Below, one piece after another: positions 23,283-35,150 of a stretch of 45,163 nucleotides of DNA. Both the position numbers and the translations under genes were made by a program. The first letter of the stretch is position 1, and every line of letters starts with the position of its first letter. The stretch lies in assembly GCF_001194135.2 (NCBI RefSeq), contig NC_068993.1, positions 24,578,376 through 24,623,538 on the forward strand, written 5' to 3'. The stretch is from Octopus bimaculoides. Taxonomy: Eukaryota. The notes beneath the pieces are model-generated. The model was given only the letters and a program-made list of their open reading frames with translations, was not told the DNA's origin and ran no database searches.

Positions 23283-24074
23283 CATAGTGTTCCGACAAAA
23301 TTTGATTTTAATGTCTCCTTTTTTCTTTCAGTAACAGCTTCCTGTATCAGGGAACAGTCAACGACGTTCGAGAGCATAAAGGTTAAAGTTGAGAAAAACT
23401 TAAGTTGAGAAAAACTTAAGTTGAGAAAAACTTAAGTTGAGAAAAACTTAAGTTGAGAAAAACTTAAGTTGAGAAAAACTTAGCCTACCTGGAGACTGGA
23501 AGCCATCATAATATTGTAAAAGAGTGATTGTGAAGCTGTAAACACCAGGAAGCGACACAGCAGATGTCTTGAGTGCAACGGCACGACGGAGTTCATCCCT
23601 AAATCTTCGTCAATCCCTGGCTAGAGAGAGTTACTGCTAGTAGACCATTAATGCGTGGCAGTGGGATTCGCGGCTCCTTGCCAATCCTCCAGAGTCACAA
23701 GTAATTGTTGAAGAACTTCTACGACTTTACCAGCCCCGATTTCTGGCTCCCTAATCCCCCGACTTTAATCATATGGGTTACTAGGTGTGGTGCGTGGTTC
23801 AGAAAAGCCTGATCAGTCCTGCCTGTAACACAAGAGCCGAGCTGGTGGCGAAGATCAAAGAAGTGTCAAAGATCTTCACAGGGACACAGTGAAGAACGAA
23901 TGCGCCAGGTTCCGAAACCGTTTCAGGGTTGTGGTGGAAGTTGAGGGAGGCTACTTTGAGCGAACTGTTATCTCCCAGCCATTTTTTCATGTTTTTATTT
24001 TTGTAAATACTTTTACTTTGGAAGGGATATTATTTTCCTTTTATGTAAATTTTCGTATTGAGACCGACACCATG
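23283..24074 (+). mobile_element. Internally deleted Tc1/mariner-superfamily element, probably maT/DD37D type
   Basis: Imperfect TIRs (ta|catagtgt ... acaccatg|ta). Frameshifted peptides RKRHSRC..TTEFIPK, WQWDS, KNFYDFTSPDFWLPNPPDFNHMGY*VW and KIKEV..LHRDTVKNECARFRNRFRVVVEVEGGYFE. The reconstructed D2-D3 spacing is about 37 aa. Confidence 0.75.
23386..23481. repeat. Six perfect tandem copies of the 16-mer AAGTTGAGAAAAACTT
   Basis: Counted directly: 6 x 16 = 96 bp. Confidence 0.97.
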
Positions 24075-24137
24075 TATACACAAATACACAAACTCATGCA
24101 CACGCACACTCTCACACACACATACATATATATTATA

Positions 24138-24299
24138 GGCGCAGGCGTGGCTATGTGGTAACAATCTTGCTCTCCAACCCCATGGTACCGGGTACAGTCC
24201 CTCAGCGGGGCAGCTTGGGGAAGTGTCTTCTACTGCTGCTCCAGGCCGATCGAAGCCTTTTGAATGGATTTGGTAGATGGAAATTGAAAGAAGTCCGTC

Positions 24300-24360
<61 letters not shown>
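24138..24360 (+). mobile_element. SINE family 1, 5' half only (ends in internal (GT)n)
   Basis: ggcgcaggcgtggctatgtggtaa...aagtgtcttctac...aaattgaaagaagtccgtcgtatatgtgtg aligns with 5635-5800. Confidence 0.85.
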
Positions 24361-24363
<3 letters not shown>

Positions 24364-24366
24364 TTT

Positions 24367-24808
24367 ATATCCAGTTAGAAGAAGAAAATGGAGATAAGGA
24401 AGTTAATTATTTATCATTAACAAATTGGTCATCTTCGTTTCTTACAGCCGTTTCAATTACTACTCAATAATCTAATTACAAATTTGTACATTAAATTTGC
24501 ATTTATGTAACATGAACATAATTTAATCAGGAAAAAAAGATGTGCCTTGGGTTGTTATATGTGGACCTGTCAATTCAGTTCAACAGAAATCAATTGATAA
24601 GTCCACGTATAACATCCTAAGGTACATCTTTTTTCTCTGATGAAATTATGCTCAGGCCACATAAATGCAAATTTAATGTACAAATCTGTAATTAAATTAT
24701 TGAGTATTAATTGAAACGGCTGTAAGAAGCGAAGATGACCAATTTGTTAATAATAAATAATTATTAACTTCCTTATCTCCATTTTCTTTCCTTCTTTTAA
24801 CTGGATAT
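24367..24808. repeat. Long fold-back inverted repeat or palindromic MITE (arms about 210 bp, spacer about 16 nt)
   Basis: atatccagtt...ggagataaggaagttaat...gtggacctgtcaatt pairs with aattgataagtccac...attaacttccttatctcc...aactggatat, about 88% identical by eye. TA flanks TCCAG...CTGGA on both sides. Confidence 0.92.
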
Positions 24809-25012
24809 GCCTATTGTTTTAAGGGAATTTCCTTGAATGCATCCATCCCTTCACGACGTTAATAAGGTAATTAGGTAATTACCTTAAATTTAGGATGACG
24901 CTGGCATCGCATATTGATGTCACCGAGGTGGTTGTTCAAAAATTAAACAGCGTACATGCTTTTCTGAAGCGTTGCAACTAGTTGATGGTATTTTATGCAA
25001 TTATATGTAATA

Positions 25013-25858
25013 CGAGAAGTTAACCAATAAAAACCGGAATTTTGCAATATTATTTTATTCACTTAGTTTTACATGTTTACATTTTTATCACCTTCAAAGT
25101 ATTCTTTATTTGAAACAATGCATCGGTTCAGACGCGTTTTCCACTGTTGAAACAGTCATGGATCTCTTGCTAAGTGATGCCTTTTAATGCTTCCAATCAG
25201 TTTTCGTCACTAGTGATGACCTTCAGAAAAGGTCCGGATCAACATCTAACTCTTCTGTGAGTTCACAACACACATTCAGTCCATTCAGTCGTGAACAAGC
25301 GAGGCACACATCTTGCTGCGACTCTTTTCATTTGCAATTCCTGACTCAAAATTCATTGGAAGGATCTCTAGGACACGCTGGTCAAATCAACAAGTCCGTC
25401 AACTGTTCGGCGATGGTCTACCAAGATGGGGTCATGAATTTTTGTGATGTTCCATTCCTTCAGGAGGTCGACAGTCGTTCTGAACGAGATTGGTCTTCAA
25501 GTGACAAGTGACCATTCCTAAAGCGTGTAAACCACTTGTAAACTTGTGGTTTGCTCATGGCAGCGTCCTTGTAAGCTGCTTGAAGCGTGAATGCTGTTTC
25601 GATCGCCGTTTTTCCCAGCATAAAATAGAATTTCACCGAAGTATGCTGTTCCGTTTCAGCCATCGCAAGAATCGACGAACAGGGAAGAAGCACTGCAAAA
25701 CAAAGATGCATCACGTAACAGCACGACTTGACACATCATCGGTCGGCAGACTGATGCCTGAGGGTCGCACCAAGTGGCTTCTAGCGGCGGAAGCCTGGAC
25801 TACAACGGGCTTGTCTCACAGAGAACGTTTCCGATTACTTATTGATGTCTCTTTTTAT
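25013..25858 (-). mobile_element. Internally deleted mariner (DD34D-type) element
   Basis: Minus strand reads MAETEQHTSVKFYFMLGKTAIETAFTLQAAYKDAAMSKPQVYKWFTRFRNGHLSLEDQSRSERLSTS (HTH region), then KVITSDE joined directly to LEALKGIT*QEIHDCF..RCI..EYFEGD. Imperfect TIRs: tacgagaagttaaccaataaaaaccggaa / ttccgattacttattgatgtctc. Confidence 0.85.
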
Positions 25859-28800
25859 ACATATATATGAAGGTTAAGCTTCTTTACTCAGCTATTCATT
25901 ATTTCCCTTAGACAAATGTAGCCTATACCGATCACAACAACTATACACGTAGACATATATATCCGTATATACACATGTATATGCACACGCACGCATGCAT
26001 ACATGCATCCATGCCTACACGTATGGATTTACGCCTTCCTACCTGTATACATACTCATATACTTAAATGCTTTCATATACTCATAAACGTTATGTAGGTT
26101 GTATTGGTCAGCCGCTTGTGATTGTTTCCTTCAAAATTTGCGAGTGGTGGAGAGAGAGAATATGCAGAAAAGTGGTTTGTGATCTGCAGCTTCTTTACTC
26201 AGAATACGTTATCATTTCTAGCAATAATTGATGCGTTAGGTTAAGTTATGTAATTTCTAAATGAGAATTTCGAAAACAGCACTTTCAGGCAGTGTGTCAC
26301 AAAATAACACGCCGTTTGGAAATACGCACATAAACGAAACTGCGAAACTATTCGAGACATTTCTAGAATTCTACATGATACAAATCAATTTTGTAATCCA
26401 AATTCCATTTGAATTTGCTTTCTTGTAAAAGTGTGCATTGAATAAATCTGCAATATATAAAATAAATTATAAATTACTAAAATCTGTATATATGTAATGC
26501 ATGCATGTATGTATGTATGTATGTATGTATGTATGTCTTTATGTATATATGTGCGTATGAGTGTATGCATGTATGCATATATGAGGTGTGTGTCTTTATA
26601 TGTGTATATGTGTGTTTATTAAATACAAGCATAATTACATAAACATGTATAAACATTAGAGGGAATCAGTTGACGTGTTACAGAAATTTATTTCAAGATA
26701 TGTAGGAAATTGATAGTAGAACGAGAAGTAAGAGTCATTGATTCAACATTGGCTCGTCAGAAATCTCCAAGAATGTAAGATTTCAGCTAAATAGCCATTA
26801 CAGTTTCCTGAGCAGACGATTGGTTCCTGTTGCTGATTATTTCACTTGTCTCGCCCTTCACAATCTATTATCTTACAAGATATCTTTCTTAATGTTGCAC
26901 ATAATTTTAACTAACACCCAATTGAAAGAAATGATATGATACTTTTTCTTTTTGTCTTGCAGTTGTTCTTGGGAGATATTTTTTTAGTCGCTTTCATCCA
27001 CCTTTGCCATTTGAGATCTTTTTTCTTACTGTTCTTTCTTTGTATGGATTATGAGAAAAGTAAGACAGTATGTGTTACATATTTAGCGGACACATTGTTA
27101 AATACGTATACGTCAGTACGTTATTCCTTCTTCCTAATACGTAGATGATCATATTTTTAGATGAACTCTAAAAATAGCTGAGATCAATTTTCGATGCTTA
27201 CTTGCATAAAATTATTTTGGCTTTGTCACTGATCTCCAAGGTAAGCACAAAAAGCAGAATCCCATTCCCTATTCTATATATTTAAAACCTGTTTGTTAAG
27301 ATATTGGATAACCAATTGAGATACTGACAGATGCAACACTTTAAGCTTAATACTAAGCTTTCCCGTCCAAATAATTCCAATTAATTACTATTTAATATAA
27401 TTTACGTTGTAAAAATCATCAATGATTCGGAAATGTTTCTTTCTGTTTAAACATGAGATATTCGATGTAACACTAACATCAAGCATAGAAAATAATATTA
27501 ATGATAACTTACACAATAGTAAGACAAAGGTGTTTATCTTAACGACACTATATGGAATATCCTCGTGAGAATTTGAACTGAGAACGTACAAAGTCTAAAT
27601 AATGTGAAATAGTCAATTAGTCTGTAACAGAATTTAGGGGCAAAGATATTCTCAAATTCAAGTTCTGGTTAGAATAGCTGCAAATTAGAGGACTCCTGCA
27701 AAGTCTCCTCGGGATTAAATGCAAATAATGAAAGTTATCGCTTTTATAGGCTCAGAACTGTTTCTGTCAAGTAAACATCACAATGTTTTCAGAAACATAG
27801 CAGACATCTCCTTTACCTCAAGCTTTACATGTGCACCTATCTTCAACCAACCTGCTTTGGTTCTAACACCATATTTTATCGATTACAGCTTTACATAAGT
27901 TGCTAGGGAGATTAAAATAAATATGTTTTCAAAAGCGTCCTGTATCATCCATTATTACTGAAATTGCACCATGGCAATGATAAAATAGGTGATTGTTTTG
28001 TTTAAGATAAGTTTACATGACAGAACATTAAGTGGCAATTGGTAAGTCACTAATGCGTATATACACACCATACACAGATACACAGATACATATATGTATA
28101 TACATATATACTCGCGTAAATAGGCATAAATGTATATACACACACATATATATTACATGTATGGGTGTATATGTATACATCATCTGTGCGTGCGTAAGTG
28201 TATGCGTGCGTGAGTGTGTGTGTGTGCGGTTGTGTGTGTGTGTGTGTGTGTGTGTTTGTGTGTGTGCGTGTGTGTGTACCAAAACAATGTAACTTCAATT
28301 GGTATCATTAGGCTGCAACGGGAATAATAGTATAGGGACTTTTATATGCATATTCAAAACGTTTCTCGTAAACGCACTTTAGGGATATATATATATATAT
28401 ATATATATANNNNNNNNNNNNNNNNNNNNNNNNNNNNNNNNNNNNNNNNNNNNNNNNNNNNNNNNNNNNNNNNNNNNNNNNNNNNNNNNNNNNNNNNNNN
28501 NNNNNNNNNNNNNNNNNNNNNNNNNNNNNNNNNNNNNNNNNNNNNNNNNNNNNNNNNNNNNNNNNNNNNNNNNNNNNNNNNNNNNNNNNNNNNNNNNNNN
28601 NNNNNNNNNNNNNNNNNNNNNNNNNNNNNNNNNNNNNNNNNNNNNNNNNNNNNNNNNNNNNNNNNNNNNNNNNNNNNNNNNNNNNNNNNNNNNNNNNNNN
28701 NNNNNNNNNNNNNNNNNNNNNNNNNNNNNNNNNNNNNNNNNNNNNNNNNNNNNNNNNNNNNNNNNNNNNNNNNNNNNNNNNNNNNNNNNNNNNNNNNNNN

Positions 28801-28976
28801 NNNNNNNNNNNNNNNNNNNNNNNNNNNNNNNNNNNNNNNNNNNNNNNNNNNNNNNNNNNNNNNNNNNNNNNNNNNNNNNNNNNNNNNNNNNNNNNNNNNN
28901 NNNNNNNNNNNNNNNNNNNNNNNNNNNNNNNGTGAGAGTTTGTGTGTGTGTGTGCAAGCATATATATATATATATA

Positions 28977-29091
<115 letters not shown>

Positions 29092-29653
29092 TTTACTATT
29101 ATTTGATTGAACGCCACGAGTCTATTTCCAAGTAAGTTTATTTCTATCTTTTTGATGCAACTCTATGCAATACTGTTTTCTCCCACTTCGTTTTCATCCT
29201 TTCTCTAATTCCCTTTTTTCTCCTTTCACCGTTTTCTATCTGTCTCTCTTTCCCCCCTCTTTCTCCTGTTCTCTCTCTCTCTCTCTCTCTCTCTTCCCTT
29301 CTTTATATATATACATATGTATATATATACATGTATGTATACATATGTATATACATACATATTCATATAAATATATATATGTATGTGTGTGTGTATGTGT
29401 GTGTGGGTGGGTGGGTGTGTGTATATGTATGTTTGAGGACGTAACTTCCTCTTAAGGAACTGTCTATATATATAGACAATTAAAAGTTATGGCTTATCGC
29501 CTATACTGCTAAGCACTTTATAGGTGCAAACCTAATGATCACTCAATGACGGGTAAAACTTTTAACAGCCTACAAATATATATTACTGTTCTAATGCTTT
29601 ACAATTTGCTTCTTTTTTCGGATATATGAATTACTGACGATATATATTTCATA

Positions 29654-30066
29654 GAAACAGACGTGGCTGTGTGGTAAGAAGCTTGCTTCCCAACCACATG
29701 GTTCCGGTTTCAGTCCCATTGTGTGGCACTTTGCCCAACTGTCTTCTGCTATAGCCTCGGGCCGACTAAAGCCTTGTGAGTAGATTTGGTGGACGGAAAC
29801 TGAAAGAAGCCATCATAGATAGATAGATAGATAGATAAATAAATAAATAAATGTTTGTGTGTCTGCGTTTGTCCCTACCATCGCTTGGCAAACGATGTTG
29901 GTGTGTTTACGTCCCCAAAACCTGGCGGTTCGGCAAAATTAATCGATAGAATAAGTACTAGGCTTACAAAGAATAAGTCGTGGGGTCGATTTGTTCGACT
30001 AAAGGCAGTACTCCAGCATAGGCGCAGTCAAATGACTGAAACAAGTGAAAGAATAAAAGAATAAAA

Positions 30067-30068
<2 letters not shown>
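29654..30068 (+). mobile_element. Full-length SINE family 1 copy
   Basis: Same head, body, internal (AGAT/AAAT)n and (GAATAAAA)n tail as 5635-6077. Confidence 0.88.
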
Positions 30069-30123
<55 letters not shown>

Positions 30124-31240
30124 TCATGTAGTTATGTCTTTGTTGTTTTTCTTTTTACTTCTTTTTGCATTCTTCTGTTTTGGATTTAATTCATCGTGAC
30201 ACTAGTATAAGATATTTTCTCACTGACATCTTTCGTATATTCAATCTGGGAAACTTTTCATTCTAATTACTTGTTTCATCAGGGAAATATCCAATGACAC
30301 GAACATAGTATGTTAAGAAAAAGTAATGCTGTAGCTTGGACAATAACCCTAAGCTCATGCAGTCACGTGTGTGTGTGTAGACAGATAGGCAAGAGAGGCA
30401 TACACACACGCATATATACATTCATACATGCATACATACATACATACATACATACATACGTACATACATACCTTGTATGTGGTGGCGATTGGAACAAAAT
30501 GTACTCAAAGCCATTTGTACAATATAGATTATTTTATTTAGTGAGTTCAAACCGAGTGGTTAATGCTAAAAGTTTCCTACATATTACCTGTGCCAAAATG
30601 ACAGGCAGATATTTTGGTCTGAAACCAATAACATATAGCACAGATGTAGGAAGATGGCGAATGGAACATAAATTTCTGATTCCTCAGCTGAGATTTCACA
30701 TGGGCGTAACGCTACTTCATCAGTAAGCCGAAAGATTTCACATAAATATAGGGCATAGCAGATGTCTTTGAAGAAAGCTGGTCATCAAAGAGCAATAATT
30801 ACATTTAAACACATCAACAGAGAAGTGCTAAATGCTGGAATTTAAATAGGTGCACACGTATACGAAAGTAACACAATTAACATACTCATTTGATACATAG
30901 CGTGACTACTAACACACATGGATGTACATGTGTGTGTGCGCGCGTGCGAGCGCGTGTGCGTATGTGCATATGTGTGTGCATATTCTTGGAATTGGTTCAT
31001 TTACCTTCTGTAGAGGAGAAAAAGAGATAGTAGAAATTACTCGCTCTTTTATGAATCCAAGTCACCATTTAGTACATGCGAACATAAAATGTGTAAAACC
31101 AAATCTATGTGAAATACGCTTCCAAATACAAGGTAACATTGAATGTTAACGCCTATATATATAATTTTATAACAAAAGGAATACGTTCAACAAATAGACT
31201 GAAATAGAAATTGCTGATATGGACAAATTAAAATACTTCA

Positions 31241-31405
31241 GATTTCGTCCGTTTTTACGTTCTGAGTTCAAATTCCGCCGAGGTCGACTTTGCCTTTCAT
31301 CCTTTCGGGGTCATTGAAATAAGTGTATAAAATAAACATTGGAGTGGATTATGTCAACTAACTCCTTCCACAAAATTGTTTGGCCTCGTGGCTATAGCAG
31401 AAAAG
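31241..31405 (+). mobile_element. SINE family 2 copy (5'-truncated)
   Basis: tttcgtccgtttttacgttctgagttcaaattccgccgaggtcgactttgcctttcatcctttcggggtc. Confidence 0.85.
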
Positions 31406-31894
31406 GTTATTAATAGAATGATATTTGTCAAGATCCACTAGAATTGATATATATCTAATCCTCTTTAGAATAGCAAAAAAAGTATTCAAGTAGAGATGAT
31501 ATTGCTGTTGATGACGAGGAGAGTTAACTGAGCGTCTGTGGGAAGGTTGTTTAGTATAAACGGGAAAAGAATTAGAACGTTGATTTAATAATTTCTTTTC
31601 TAATGTATTTCCTCTAAAATAAGATTGGATTTTACTACTTTGATACGATAATTTCTTGCTTTTAGATATATATTCGATGAATGCTAAGCAAAAATACAGG
31701 GCGTCATACTTGTTTGCAACTTCAATACGAATTTATGTATTTTCATTCTGAATATATATATCAATCAAATTTTCGAAATTTGTAAAGCAATCAAATTGCC
31801 TTGATTCAATTCTCTAAGGTATTTAACTCTCTAAAATGTACAGTAGTTAACTAAAAACATACTTGTAGATGTCTATTTATTTATCAGTGACTTA

Positions 31895-33151
31895 CGAGGG
31901 TTGGCTAAAAATTTCATTGGCTGACTAAGATATTCTCATGGAATGTGACCAAATGAGGTTTACTCTTTAAACATAATATCTCTTGCAGTCCACACGCTTT
32001 TTCTATCGGTGTTAGATTACTTCGATCTCATTGATGCAGCAGATATGACGTCAGCCTCACTGCAATACTGATTCTAAGCCAAGTGGGGTTTTTTTATGTT
32101 GGAGAATAGATGATAGTCGGATGGGGTCAAATCAGGAGAATAGAGAGTTTGATCAACCAGTTCAAAGCCACAGTCACACATGGTATCCATTGAAACCAAA
32201 GAATTGTGTGCTAGAGCTTTGCCCTGATATAACAAGCTCACCACCTTTCGTCAATTTTCCTGGGTCTTTGGTCTCCATAGCCTTTCATAAGTGCCTCAGC
32301 AAGTTGACATGGTACTTTCCATTGATAGTGTGACACATTTGAAGATAGTCAATAAACACAATGCCTCTTACATCCCAAACAACAGAGGCCATCACTATCC
32401 TTGCAGATGAAACGACCTTGGCTTTCTTTGGAGCAGATGAGGAGAGTTGTTTTCATTGCATGGATTGTCTCTGTCTCTGGTTCAAAGTGTTGAAGTCAAC
32501 ACTCATCCTGGATTAGGAAACGTTCAAGGTAACCAGATGGATCTGCTTCAAACAACTTTAGATTATCTCGTGATGTGATGAGCCTAGTGCACTTTTGATC
32601 AGCTGTCAGAAGACTTTCCACACACTGAGCGGAAACCTTTTCATGCCAAGTTCATCGTGCAAAATATTCTCAACTCTCTCACGGGATATGCTAATAGCAT
32701 TGGCTATTTGATTTATAGGCAATCGCCAGTTATCCATCACAATGTGGTAAACACAACCAATATCTTCCTCGGTGGTGGCAGCTGCAAGACGTCCAAACCT
32801 TGGGTCATCTTCAACACTCTCCTTTTCCTTCTTATATTCGGCTGCCCACTTTCGCACTGTTGACAAAGCTGAAGCGTCATCCCTTAATGTAGTATACGTG
32901 CCAACATGAATGTCCGTCGGAGCTAAACCCATTTTCTGCAAGTATATAATATCTCGATGCCAAATTTTGTCCATTTTCATAAGACATTACAAGTTACCTT
33001 TTGAAATCTTCTTTAAACAGTCAGATGTCATTTTTCCTGGGAAGAAACAATGCAGTTATTAATTAGAAGCGTTGAAATTAATAGATGCAAGATTTCACTG
33101 GTGTAGCATCACTACTTCATAGTCAGCCTATGAACTTTTCAGCCTCTCTTC
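31895..33151 (-). mobile_element. Near full-length (1257 bp) decayed mariner transposon
   Basis: TA target duplication (31893-4, 33152-3) and TIRs cgagggttggctaaaaatttcattggctgact / agtcagcctatgaacttttcagcctctcttc. ORF 32980-32606 is a mariner N-terminus (STVRKWAAEYKKEKESVEDDPRFGR...ISISRERVENILHDELGMK); the catalytic region and C-terminus continue in broken frames to about 31960. Confidence 0.92.
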
Positions 33152-34290
33152 TATTTTATAAAGGATGCACAGAGATCGAACCCACTTTTCACATAAAATT
33201 AACAGTGCTTATATAAGTCTTTTTCCAAACATATATTTCTACGCTAAATTCACCGCAAAAAATTCCCGGTCCCTTGTCTATATAGATATAAAAGTGGGAA
33301 ATTGTAACCTTCACACTTTTACCTAGAGTGAATAGCAGACACTAATACGCAAATAGATGAATCGTCATAGTAAAAATTTACTGGACCAAGTTGCATTGCT
33401 GTCACAGATGCCATAAAAGAAATTATAGCCAGCACTGCTGGTCAATCAAAACAGTTAGTAAGGTGAATTTTATCAGCCTGTGTATCCATTAACATGCGTG
33501 TGAATATGATCTAGTGATAAATATCTTGCCATTGACCAAAAACTGAACTGAACACCAACTATCAATCCTTTGAACAGAGGTCTAACATCATATCCGCATT
33601 AGTACTTAACTAGATTTGAATATTTAACATATATACTTTAATGTAGATTCATATATTTTTTGCACATTGGTAATGGAATTTTAAAAAAACTCGATGTGCT
33701 CTGAATTTTTCTAAGGACTTGCTAATTAGATATATTCCAGGATGAGAGTAAATTATTCATATCAAGAGACAGGCACCCAATTAACTACATTCCGTATATC
33801 TTTCTACATCGATTGCCGCTTGCAGTTCAGCTATCATAACTGAACGAAATTCTTTACGGATAAAAGTATAGCAGTTGACAAAACTAAATATACTTCAGTT
33901 AACATACAAATATACAAATATATACATACATATATATATAAGTGTGTGTGAGTGTGTGTGTATGTGTGTCTGAAGGCGCATGAATTAAGGGTTAGGGTAT
34001 TCAGCTCACGATTTCAGTGTATATACACATGTCTAGACATGCAAATATACGCATGAGAATACATAAAAACAAAACACACCAATCTGCACATGCACTGACT
34101 CCACATACTTCACGCATACACAAATACCTAGAAAAACACCTTGCTTTTGTTTAAATTCTAATGAAGGTGCCTTCGATCTAAGTTAGAAACCGATTTTTTC
34201 TCTCTTGGCAAGAAATCTTCAAATAAAACTGATTAACGACACATATATTAATATTTCTAAGTGCATTTGTTTCTAAGAGCATCAGGAAGA

Positions 34291-34335
<45 letters not shown>

Positions 34336-34425
34336 GGCACGATAAGAAAATGACTCTCCCCAGACACAACAGAATATGCTTCAACACACGAAATTCCATA
34401 AAAAATCTTGCAAACCAAATCCAAA

Positions 34426-34466
<41 letters not shown>

Positions 34467-34506
34467 TTACATGTAGGGATGAAAACATTTTAATTCAATT
34501 CTTTGG

Positions 34507-34545
34507 TACTCCGAGTTTCAAGCGTAGCGTGATGCAAATCTTCAG
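34507..34545 (-). ncRNA. Hammerhead ribozyme-like core with palindromic stem III (Penelope-like element type)
   Basis: Minus strand reads CTGAAGA-tttGCATcacgctACGCtt-GAAAC-TCgGA-GTA: intact core, stem II with one mismatch, ACTC-g-GAGT stem III and a GUA triplet. Stem I is imperfect. Confidence 0.5.
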
Positions 34546-34904
34546 TCATTTTGAATTTGAATGAGAGTTGATAGTTATTACCGTAAGGTGTGCTGAGATT
34601 GGTTGAGGAAGGTCATGCGGTGTCGTGGTTTGATATTGTTATACCAGCGACAACAGTTACTTGGAAAATACGGCATGGTGAACAGGAAATTGACCGCGTG
34701 GTGGACAGGAAATCGGTCACGTTGTTGGAGTTGAAGTAGGAAGGGGCAGTATGTGTAAGTATATAGTTGTATATGTGAGGGTGTGGACGCGCTCATATGG
34801 TTTTGCGTGCCTGTCTATATTGATTTGAGCGTGCGCATCTGTATATGATTCCCATTGTGAGCTTGCTGATACATATTGATAGGACATGGTTGGTAGAAGG
34901 TTAG

Positions 34905-35150
34905 CTTCTTGTACCAATATCCAACAATCAAATCTCTTCTAGGTTTTTTCCATTCTGGAGTTTTTAGATCACAGTTGCAGAGTATCACCATCAATGCTGT
35001 ATGTCTCGGGTGTAACGCTGGAGCAACAACTTCGGATTTCTTCTAGCCACAGAACATCTTGGTTAAACTCCTCTTCACTCCAGATTTTCCTCCAGAAGGT
35101 GTCTATGTCTTCTCTCAAGGAGCTTCTCCTCCCATGTGTCTGTATACTGC
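34905..35150 (-). mobile_element. R4/Dong-type LINE fragment, region just N-terminal to RT
   Basis: Minus strand reads DIDTFWRKIWSEEEFNQDVLWLEEIRSCCSSVTPETYSIDGDTL and, after a frameshift, DLIVGYWYKKLTFY (about FWxxIW...WL...PGxDxIxxxWxKK). Confidence 0.7.

Noticed and set aside
23386-23481. CRISPR-like array
   Set aside because: Head-to-tail repeats with no spacers, in a eukaryotic context with no cas genes.
24637-24660. CTGATGAaattatgCTC motif in the 24.4-kb fold-back
   Set aside because: No GAAA follows, so the core is incomplete.
24863-24886. 11-bp-arm hairpin TAAGGTAATTA-gg-TAATTACCTTA
   Set aside because: Short and AT-rich; easily produced by chance or a micro-inversion.
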